This document shows positions 1 to 11,080 of a stretch of 35,653 nt of DNA, piece after piece. The translations under genes and the position numbers were made by a program. The DNA is taken from NCBI RefSeq assembly GCF_001194135.2, contig NC_068994.1:47136506-47172158 (forward strand). The letters are read 5' to 3'. Numbering within the stretch: the first letter of the stretch is position 1; each line of letters begins with the position of its first letter. Under the pieces are notes generated by a model. That model ran no database searches. It was not told the origin of the DNA and worked only from the letters and a program-made list of their open reading frames with translations. The stretch comes from Octopus bimaculoides. Its lineage: Eukaryota.

Positions 1-114
1 TATATATATATATGTACCAACGTACGTACATACATACATACATATATACATACATACATAAGAAATCTTGAAATAAACTGAACAATGACATACATACATA
101 CATACATACATACA
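1..114. repeat. (TA)n and (TACA)n microsatellites
   Basis: Directly visible. Further tracts: (TA)n at 5066-5086, 6834-6868, 6953-6982, 11038-11074, 29150-29181; (GT)n at 1841-1862; poly-T at 16745-16771. Confidence 0.95.
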
Positions 115-213
115 CGTGTGCGCGAGGTATTTGGGGACATATTTGGTAATTTGATAAAACAAGTACTTAAAACCAAATGTATTTTCATTAAAACATTTTG
201 CACACGTTCTCAG

Positions 214-590
214 TTATTTTATGAATCCGCCTTCAGCTTCGATTAGTTCTTTAATGCGGGATCGGAATCATTGACACTCCTGCATTAAATGGTCGTTATT
301 CATTTTGGACATCCTTTAGACAACTGTTGCCTTCAGAGAAGCTATGGTATTGTGAAGATGTTGATTTTTCTCCCTTTCAACAACGCTCCCAAATTTAATA
401 GTCCATGGGATTTAAATCTGACGCGTTTGGCGTCTACAAGTTTCTTGGGTTATTTTAACTTTGTGAGAAAGTGCTGAGTTTTGAATCACGCACGTGTACT
501 TTATCCACTATGCACTTAATCCATCCTGGGTTTAACAACCTCTAGCATCTTTCTAGTATCTCAACGTATGCAACATCAAAAGATTTGAGG
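214..590 (-). mobile_element. Decayed Tc1/mariner-superfamily transposase C-terminal remnant, maT/DD37D-like
   Basis: Minus-strand translation with stops and frameshifts: AYVEILE..., VIQNSALSHKVKITQE (cf. FQQDSAPSHKA..TQ), SDLNPMDY*IW/SVVERE.NQH.HNTIASLKA...FRSRIKELIEAEGGFIK*. Matches the SPDLNP.DY..W...EAEGG pattern of maT-type transposases as I recall it. Confidence 0.72.
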
Positions 591-651
591 TGCCATGATA
601 TGACCTTCGAAACTCATCACTCTTAAAACCACTACAGTTACAGGAAGCTTA

Positions 652-736
652 GTGTGCATCGTTCAAACTCTGCCGAGGTCGACTTTGCCATACATCCTTC
701 AGGGTCGATAAATTAAGTACCAGTTGCTCACTGTCC
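652..736 (+). mobile_element. Partial tRNA-derived SINE, family A
   Basis: gttcaaactctgccgaggtcgactttgcc...gtcgataaattaagtaccagt matches the body of the copies at 19562 and 22600. Confidence 0.75.
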
Positions 737-1672
737 TCTACCATTCGGGCAATAGGATCGGTGGATGTTCCGCTTTTGCTAGATGTAGAGGATTAGTGGC
801 GGGGAAGTGCGACGACGTCCTAAGGGAGACTGGTGTCGACGAAGACGAACTGGCTAGTCTGTTCCGGAGGACTTTTCGGCCGGGGACTATTATGGATAAT
901 TTCCAGGTATCTTTGGCTTTGCAGTACTACAGCGGGGCGCTACCGGTTCGAGATAGACATTACAGATACGGATGTACTGTCAGACAGGCTTATCCGAGGT
1001 GCGCACAGAACGACAAAACCGTTTTGCACGCACTCGTTCGATGTCCGGACATTGCTGACTTGTAGAGTTATGTCGAATAGCTGCTGTCGCGTGTGGGACG
1101 CATTCGCCTGTCATCCGAGTCCAAAGTGATGATTGCCCCGCTGCCCTCCTTTAATCGAGCAGGCAAAGCACTTTTCCTTTGCCTGATGGCTGTGGCGAAA
1201 GAGGTTGTCTGGTGGACGAGGCTGAAAGAGATGAAGACAGAGACATTCCTTTTTGGTAAAACCCCCATCGACTTTTTCAAGTTTCATTTGTGAAGGTGGG
1301 GAGGGAGGTAATGTCCTCGAGTGAATTTATCAAAAGGCGGGTGAAAGTTGCGAAAATGGCAAGAATGGATGATAGCATTCTAAGTGTAGACCTGTGAGTC
1401 GGAGGAAAGAAGTTGGGAAGGGCACTTCTCCTTGATATTAAGGGTGATCTTGTATGGTGGGGTTCTTCGATTATCCCCTTTCCCCCCCATTCTTCTTCTT
1501 CTTAGTGCTATATACAATGTATACTTATAGTTTTAGCTTTTTTTTTCTATCATTCCATTATATTTAAACCCCAACACTTTTATGTCTCTCTTTGTATTGT
1601 CCACTCATCCTTCAGCCCTGGTGGCGAATAAAAGAAATCATTATTGTGGTTGTTGCTGTTGTTGTTGTTGTT
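737..1672 (+). mobile_element. 5'-truncated, dead non-LTR retrotransposon 3' end (L1 clade, Tx1-like): ORF2 C-terminus, 3' UTR and (GTT)n tail
   Basis: ORFs 724..1065 and 1093..1293 share one frame broken by stops. They contain a degenerate CCHC knuckle YPRCAQNDKTVLHALVRC and AVAKEVVWWTRLK (cf. AK..IW..R). After a frameshift the frame ends EFIKRRVKVAKM...SVDL* at 1395-1397. 3' UTR with AATAAA at ~1627, then GTT repeats. Confidence 0.78.
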
Positions 1673-1831
1673 ATATAATCTATTAATTCTAAACAATTTG
1701 CTGAATAAAATTCCAGTTACTTCAACGGTGTGAAAACATGCTTCTGACAACATTTATATTCAACAACAGTTTTCTTGCCAACAATGGAACAATAGTTATG
1801 TAAATGTTAGCAAAAGGAATGCATGCGTTGA

Positions 1832-1862
<31 letters not shown>

Positions 1863-2406
1863 ACGAGCGCGTATGTCTGCCAATGTATGTGTAATAAATT
1901 GCATGCAAGGTCACAAGACAGTGTTAATACATTTGTATGTCTTTCTCTCGATGCCTGTGCACAATGAACGATGCATATATGTGTGTTAACCTCTTCGTTA
2001 CATGTGCTCGTTTAATGGTGTGTGTGTGTGTTGTGAATACAATGAATGTACGTTGTGATGTGTCTAATGCATTTAATATGTAATGCATTGTTGTTGGCAT
2101 AGTGTTGATCTCCAGCTCAGCCCTTATTTGAACGAAAAGCTATGACACCTAGCTTGTTGGGAGAAAGGCTGGGAGCGATTCACAGATCGACTGTTTCAAA
2201 CGTATCTTTCCAAACTCCGCATCCACCCATCTAGAGATACAAGCGGATGAATACGGAAAGGCTTCTAAATAGCTCCGGCAGTTTCTGCATGGAATTAAGC
2301 CCGTGTGATGTTCATTCTTTAACCTAATAAACTTATAGAGAACATACTGCTCTCAATAACATGCGCTGCTTCATCGTATCCGAATGCAGTGCGGAAGATC
2401 GAGTAT

Positions 2407-2460
2407 ATGGCGTCTTTTCCGACAGCCCAGTTAATTGTTTTTTTAAAATTTTTTCTGTGT
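2407..2460 (+). CDS. SPPL2B: SPPL2 exon 1 (MASFPTAQLIVFLKFFLC), signal peptide
   Basis: ATG at 2407 (ATGG), hydrophobic 18 codons, phase-0 donor GTGAGA at 2461. Joins in frame to exon 2 to give a plausible signal peptide (...LCANG). Short and poorly conserved, so the least certain exon. Confidence 0.65.
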
Positions 2461-5400
2461 GTGAGAGAGAGAGAAAGAGAGTACTAGAACTCGCTATAAC
2501 AACCACAAGTCCTTCTTCAACATCCCGGAGAGACGTAACGCCACAACCCTGGCCAAGCACGTTTGGTCTTTGAAAGAGTTCCAGGATTTTGGCGAGTGTG
2601 GTATTATCTGTTAGCTACTGTTGTTCCCTGGTCTGCTCTGACTCAGAGTAGTAGCACCTATTATGGTCCTGGTTATTTGTTAACTAGCATATGTGATGAC
2701 ATTCCACATGAGCACGAGTCGCAGAAATACCTTTGGTTGCTGTCAGGGCGCGCATTAAAACCAGTGAGAGTGAAGGACAAGCTGTTGTTTAGGCATCCTT
2801 CTAGGAAAGAGTCACTCTGATGTGAAATCTATGGCTTCATGTGATTACTGTTAAGTACCTAGTGACTAATCATGGAGACTTTTAGACTGGTACTCAAGTT
2901 ACACAAGTGTTTACAACTATAATCCATTGACGTACAGATATCTTTTTATGGTGACCTCATTTGTCATCCCATCTTCGCATCAATGTCCTATGGCGATAGA
3001 AGAGTGGCAACGTGAGCAGACCTAATCAGTTGGAAGTGCACACTGAGTTACAGCTTTCGTCTGTCATCAATGCTTCAAACCATGCTGATCAGCAACGTGA
3101 CTGATGAATCATCAGAGAGGTAATGAATGGAAAATCAGAAATGCCATTTACAACGAGGAAGCATAAGCAGACGACAAATAATCAGCTATGAAGATGGAGC
3201 AATATGCATGTGTGTATGTATGTATGTATGAGCGTACGCGCACACATACCAATTTCTGGAGCTCTTCATGAACTGTCGTTTCAACTAAATGCGTATCCCT
3301 TTGATCGCGACTACGAAATAAACCTAATAATAAAACGTGCTCAGCCCGAGTAAATATCCTTTCGATCCTGGAGCAGTGGAATTGTCCTGTCTCGTATGTT
3401 ACGTTACTTTTGGCGTAACATGAAGCAGGATCAAGACCGGATTAAGATTCATAGCGGCCCTAAGTACTTATAAGATTTTGGTGGCCCCATATATATGTAA
3501 TTGAAAATATAAGCAATAATAAACCATAAAATAAATTTTTAGGTTTCAAAATGAAACAAAACAAACAGTAAGATGGTAAATGATGGTTATTTTTATATGC
3601 CTCCACTTTATATTTGAAAAGTTTTCTCCTGCTTTTTGTAGCAGCATAGTTTTTGATCTGTTCCTCAAAATCGTAACACATCTACTTCTAACTTAATAGA
3701 GATAAGACAGCCCGAATATCATTTTAGCAAGTTTAAAGTGATTTCTTTTGTGTTATAAACCATTTACCATTTTTGTGGTGCCTTCCTTTCCCTTGATGAA
3801 GTGCTTATTTTGCTAAATGGTTAACCCAGCGCTGAGCAGGATGTATGATCCAGGGCATACATCCTTAATATTACAGCGGAGGTAGTGATGTTAGGTGTGG
3901 TGGTGATGAGTTTACTGCATCTGTTGTGGAACAGAATAGGACACTAAATGAAATACCCTAATTTGTCGGTAAATTATATTTTTAAACCTGTGGCATTTGA
4001 GATGTTTCGTGGTGACTGGACTTCTGGCAAAGAGGTTTTATTAATACCTCGTCTCACCGAAGTATTAATTATGAGAAACTTGCCGTCAGCCTGACTTTCT
4101 GAATGGCACACCTAACGAAATACTGATTTAAAATTTTGGCACAGGGTCAGTAAGTTCAGGAGAGGGTTTAAGTCGATTACATTGACCCCAGTACTTGTCT
4201 GGTACTTATTTTATCGACCCCGAGGATGAAAGGCAAAATCGACCTCGGGGGAATTTGAACTCAGAACATAAAGACAGACGAATTGACGCTCAGCATTTTG
4301 CTCGGCGTCTTAACGATTCTGCTACCTCGCCACCTTACACCCATCGAAATAGTACCTTCACTTTTTTTAGTAGTGCCTTAGGGTGAACTATATCTCATGC
4401 ATCCAGCTTCTCGAAAAAGGTTGCTCAATTTGTGTGCGATGGTGCTTATGAGGATGCAGAGCTCTTCAAGCGCCTCAGTCTCTCGATCATCTGCGGTAAA
4501 GAGTGTGTTTTAGGTTGCCTCGAAAATGTTTTAGAAGGAACCCCGCTGTCTCCTCGTACGAGGTGTAATTCAAGATTGTGTCAGCTATTGTTTTGTTTAT
4601 TGATTTCTTATTCATATTTTTACCTTCATTTTTTTTTTACTATTTTCAGTTTACTTTTTGTAAATTGAGCTTTTTTTCTTCATTAAATTATGTCAATTCA
4701 TATATTAAATCGGAAAATATTACCAAAAATATAAATACAGACACACGTAGAAAATAAATATATAAATATACAGATAACACACACACGGGTTCCTTGAAAC
4801 CGACTCGAATATAAACGTGATGCAAATATTAAATATAATATGGCACATAATGACCTGGACACACAGACCTAGCCCCCCCCTCATATGTACACACACATAC
4901 ATATACACACCAACACTCGTATACACACTGACCAACAATATACACCAGACTAAAACGTCTACGCGGCATTACAATTATCTCCCCTTACTACACTCTCTTT
5001 TACCCATAACCACACATACAATTATAGGTACGTACACACACTGACACTCACGTACACTCACACACATATATATATATATATATATAAATATAGACAAACC
5101 AGATTAGCCAATATTTTTACTAGAAAATCTCTGCCTTGTCAATTAAGTGTAAATGTGACAACAGTATCTTGACCTTTATCGTCTCCCTGGCAAACATTTT
5201 ATTTATAATTTAAATTACTATCTATATTGTTATTTTCAAATTTACTTCCGTCCTATTAAGTAATCGAACGTGTGCATTCAGGAAGACGAAGGAGTATACA
5301 CAAGACAGACATTTACATATATGTAAATTTCGTTGAACGCAAACTCACACATGTATATATAAAAAGCTAGCTATACTATATCTATAGTACGTACATAAGG

Positions 5401-6827
5401 CTCTCACACGTATAGAAGGGGACATGTGTACATAAGGGCAGAACTTAGCTCGTTATGTTAAACTCTGCATCTTTTCCACAAGTGTCCCCCCACTTGTGCC
5501 AAGTGTTTATACTGTTGCTGTGGTCCCTGATCTGCCAGGTTAGTAAATGAAAAAAAAAATAATCACCTTGTCTGGTTCATTTTTCGTTTTATCATTGTGT
5601 TACTTATGAACTCGTACACACTACATACTATATATTCATTTACTCACACATACATACATACATACATATTATTTTGGTCGGGTCAGTCTCTTGTTGCTCT
5701 GGGTTTCGATTGTAGCTAGGTGCACAGGGGCCTTCAGACAAGTTATGCCTTGCCCCTAGACCCTGTGCACTCACTGGCAGACCTCAGAATAATAAGAGAC
5801 TAACTCGACCAAAATAATATTTATCTCTACTATGGTATTAATACATTTTTTTTCCGACAGTCAACACTAAATGATATTATACATATATAATACAAATAAT
5901 AAATGAGTATAGGCATATATACGTACATGTATGTACATACCTACATCTACATGTATATATAGATGCATATATATATATATAATATAACAATATAGGTCTC
6001 TTGACACTCTTAGTCCTGTTCAGTGATGACTGTATTTTTCTTGTATGGTATCACATTGCGCCTACACATACATACATACAGGGTTGTTATGAAATCTGTG
6101 CAGTTTTATTCCTTTTGGTTTTATATAAAGTGGGATTATTGTGTAAAATTCATAACTGGAAAAAAGATTATATTTACAAAATTTCCAGCATGTCCGTCGT
6201 CTTTATGTCTATTAATTAAGTCTGGCCAAGTGAGCTGTTGTCTTTACGTGTCCCCCAGAAAGTAATGTTTTTACAATTAATTAATTTAAAAAAAAATAAG
6301 TGTTCTTTCACCCGCACGATTTTCACTAAGAGAAAAAAAGAAAAAAAAAAACTCGGATTTTTTGCGTGAAATCCAGTACCCTGACCTAATATGCTACAAA
6401 CCCCTTATTTTTGTTCGGGGAAAAAGTGGTGTGGGAAACCGGACCCCCACCTTATAATTTACCAAAGATTCTATCACATATAGAACTAAAGTTATATAAA
6501 TTTAGAATTACACTATGATCCTGTATTATGACTGTATGTGTGTGCGCGCACCCATTTTCCTTTTGCCAGCTCGAAGGGTCGGTCATAGGATGGAGTGAAT
6601 CATAAGCTTCGAATAGAAAAAAAAAAAAAAAACATGTATCAAGTAATAGAGTTTCTATATTCACACATATTACAGTGTGTGTATATTTATTAATGTTCAG
6701 TTATATAAACAATTTTACATTAATCTGATAGGTTATTCTATACTTTAGTAGAATACAAATCTATTCTTGTACAAGAATGTTGTTGACAGTGATTTCGAAG
6801 TTCCGGCCAGCTAAGCCATCGTCAGAC

Positions 6828-6869
<42 letters not shown>

Positions 6870-6950
6870 TGCTTTAGGCAATATGTGTTTTTGTGGGGTC
6901 CCGAGCGGGCGGAAGGGCTGCCCCGGGCGGCACACACTCTAGCTAGATAA

Positions 6951-6991
<41 letters not shown>

Positions 6992-9900
6992 TACATGAAC
7001 AGCCTATGTACAATGAAACAGTACGCATATACAAGCATATCTAACCTAATAGTAAACATACTATAGACAAAAAAAAACGCATACATACAGGTTTAGATTG
7101 ATAACCTGATTACATTGTTACCACGTAGTATGTGTGTGTGTGTGTATATATGTATACATTCACACAGATCAGTTTTAGTTTGACGAATGAATGTATATAA
7201 GTAGATGCACTCACGAAGAAATTTGATTCTTTTATATACTATAAATTACCCACTTATATCTAAATTTTACAACTTCCGACTATTGTGACACTTCACTTTC
7301 AGTTTTTCTTGTTATTTTTCCAATTTTATTTAATTTTATCTCCTTTTTAAATTTCTTTTTTTCTTGACCAACAAATTTGTAAAAGAAGGGTATGGAATTG
7401 TGTGAGTTGAGTGGTGTGATTAGAGAGATTGTGTTGTGGTGACGTTCATGCCTTTCTCAAGGACAACAAACTACGTCGCATAAAGTGACTTTGGGGTTCA
7501 TAGTTTGTTTAGATTTCGTTAGAGAGAGAGAGAGACTCGGGAATGTGGTACTTCTTTTTTGTTGTGATTGTTGAGGTCCAGATCAACCTTGACCAGTGAA
7601 AAAAAACTGTGATTAAAAGTATTCCAGTCGCGATCGTCTCGTCTTTTTCGAGGAATATGTAGGACGTACATTATCTAATGGGCATAATTACACAAGTGTG
7701 CCACTTCCTCATCGACTTTGTTTCCTCATAACTTTAATGTAAATTTATATCTTTTAATGAATTTTTTTTTTTCAAATGCCTTTCAAATAGTATAGATCAC
7801 GATTATCTTGAGATTTATTGTGTGGTGGCCGTGCACGCATACTGATACATATGTAGATAGCTGCGAAATGAAACTTGAAATTTTGAACAAAATTATGCGC
7901 GCCCTTCAAATTTTCGATTTTATTTTACATTAAATTCTGGGTGATTTTAATCTACACCACCTGAAAGGTATTTGTAGAAAATTTCATTAAAAAATATCCA
8001 TTTTCTGGAAGGTGTGAAGAAACGAAGTCCGTGAGGGCACTTGTGTGTAGGTGTGTCACCTAATATTGTTTTTCTTCATTTTAAGTTCTCAACCATTTTT
8101 TTTATTTTTACCCCTGTACCCCATTGATTCCTATCTTATTAGGATAAACCCTCATAGCCATCGATGTTTAAAAATCCTATTTTTGTTGTTATGAATTGTA
8201 TAAAAAAATTGGTAAAATATTTTTTGTATTGTGGAAGTATAACTAATTTATCGCATGTAATTTTTAACAACAAAATCCTATATTAGACCCCGAAAGGTCA
8301 TGTGGACCCCAGTTGAGAACCAGTGTTTTAGATCAGGGGTTTTCAAACTTTTTGACTTGCGGACCCCTTTATATTTCAGGCTTTACCTTATGGACCCCCT
8401 TATAAACGCTTATGAAATTTATACATAGATATTTGCTTAAAATAACATATATTTTTACATTTATTTATTTAACAGTATTTAACAAAATATGTTTATTGTC
8501 AATTAAAAGATTTCGATTAAAACACGTATATAAAATCAAATTGCCCATAAAAAGTATTTGCTGTCCACGGATCCCCTGTCTTGTCCTTGCGGACCACAGT
8601 TTAAAAACCCCTGTTTTAGATAGTATATTTGTGGTTTGGGGTAGAGATTTTCTAGCTAGCTTGTCAACCACTTAATAACTTCCTGGACTCTTTTTGTGGC
8701 CACAGAGATAAGCAAGATGGACAGTCTCAAGTGTAACAGATACTGTTTCTCTGCATTCAGTTAGTATTTGCTTTGAGAGGAATAATTATAATTCACGATG
8801 ACTAGAATTCAGATTTGACTAAAAAAAAAAATTTTGTTCAGTAACAAAAGAAATAACGATCTATAGATTTTATGCAAGTTTCTGGGTTTGTGTTTGTTTG
8901 CATAGAAAATGATATAAAGAGAGATTGAAACTAAACAATTTTACTAGTTAGAAATTCTTTGTGTACGTGGTATGTTGTTAATTGTCAAGCTAAACTAGAT
9001 TAGTATGTAAGTATATGTGTATGTTCGTGTATGTATATACATAATGCAATGCATTCAGTTGTCATGCTAACCTAAATGTGTACGCATATGCGTTTTTCTG
9101 TGTATACTTCAAGTTGTTATTATTTTCCACCCTCCTTTCATTTCCCATCGTGTGTGTGCCTGTGTTTGTACCCCCACCATCACTTGACAACTGGTGTTGG
9201 TGTGTTTACGTCACCGTAATCTAGCGGTTCAGCAAAAGAGATCAATAGAATAAGTCCTGGCGTCACTTTGTTCGGCTAAAGGCAGTGCTCCAGCATGGCT
9301 GCAGTCAAATGACTGAAATAAATAGAAGAATTTATATAAATATATAAGAATCTCAACCCTCAAATATATTTGCAGATACCTTAGTTCTTTCACTAGGATA
9401 CGTGTACTGGTGTGTGTATGTGTGAGTCACCATCATAATTGTGCAGAAGACACTTGCGCAAGGTACCACAGAGCAGGATTGAACCTGTAGAAAGCATGAT
9501 TGCAAAAGCAAGCTTCTTAACTACTCAGCCATAAGTGTCAATGTTCATTCAGTTGCCCAAGATTGGAACTGAGAAACTCCAAGAATCGACTCATGCAACC
9601 TCAGTGTTGAGCAAATATTATTTCACTCTGTTTAACAATATCAAGTACTTTTTTTTCTTCCTCCCATTTCTTTTCAATTCACACTTGTCATGTTACTCTC
9701 TAGTCTTATTAAATGGCAAATCAGCCTCACTTCATTAGTATTACTATCATAGTAAAGTATACACATTACACTCAGTAAATGAATCGGCAAACTAGCAGAT
9801 GCAACATAAGGTTGATAGGGCCCTATGATCTTATCAAGGACATGACAAGCTCTCGACTGCCTAATGTTGTTTGTGGAGATGACCTCTTTTTTTCATTGGT

Positions 9901-11036
9901 GATATCTGAATGTATGTGAATATATTCTACACTAACTGGTATAGTCCCCAATATCTGAGACACATTATTTTACTATGTTCTTATGTGTGTGTGACTTGGG
10001 TCATCCCATAAATACTGCAGTTGTTTTCAATTGCATCAACTTGCTATAAAAGCATGTTGTAATTTTACCGTGTCCTTATACTTAGTGCAAGTTTTGAAGA
10101 GTGCAGTTTGATTTTAAGTTATTTTTTCAAAGCTATAATGGGAGTCACTATGCATATTTAGCATCTTTTGCTTTATGAGTTCAATGCACAGAAAGTGTGA
10201 GGAATATTAATGCAGTATATGGGGATAAGACAATAGGCATAAGCCAGTGTCAATGGTAGTTCCAGAAATTTTGAGCCAGAAACTACAGCCTAAAAGACGA
10301 ACCTCATCCTGGAAGATCTGTAGAGCTCGACGAGGACATCCTGAAAATCCTGGTGGAACAAAATCCTCCTTCATTTTCTACAATGCTCTTCCAAAATTCA
10401 CTTGTCTGTGACAAAAAAATACTCCTCCAGTACTGTTCTGACTGAATTCGTATTTTTTCTGTCCAAATGATTTTGAAGACTGCGGAATAAATGATAATCA
10501 TTTGGGGCAATGTCCAGCGAACATAATGTGTGGGGTATCGTTTCCCATTCAAACTGTTCCAGCCTTTGGAATATCACCCTAGGATGATATACCAAAGGCT
10601 GGAACATTATGTTCACTGGACATTGCCCCAAATGATTATCATTTATTCCGCAGTCTTCAAAATCATTTGGACAGAAAAAATATGAATTCAGTCAGAACAG
10701 TACTGGAGGAGTATTTTTTTGTCACAGACAAGTGAATTTTGGAAGAGCATTGTAGAAAATGGAGAGTATATTTTAGATCAAAAAAAGAATTTTGTTTATC
10801 ATTTTGAAAAATAAAAGAAGTGTATAAAAAAAACTACATTATTTATGGGATAACCCAATATTTCACATGACTAACTCCCATAATCATTAATATCTGAAAT
10901 CTATTATGTTGTCATAGGTATTTTTATTGATATCTTTCTTTCCATGTGGCTTACTTCTTTTTATTCAATTTCTAGGTCACATAGTATAGGCTATGTTGAA
11001 TAGAGTGGGATTGTAAATTTAATGTACAAATCATTT

Positions 11037-11080
<44 letters not shown>

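Noticed and set aside
2563-2820. ORF with a hydrophobic N-terminus as an alternative SPPL2 first exon
   Set aside because: It starts at TTG, not ATG. The 2407-2460 exon has an ATG, a good donor and the right phase.
4380-4570. Possible mariner HTH remnant on the minus strand (...SRQPKTHSLPQMIERL...FFEKLDA)
   Set aside because: The similarity is too weak and I found no TIRs; a translated search would be needed.
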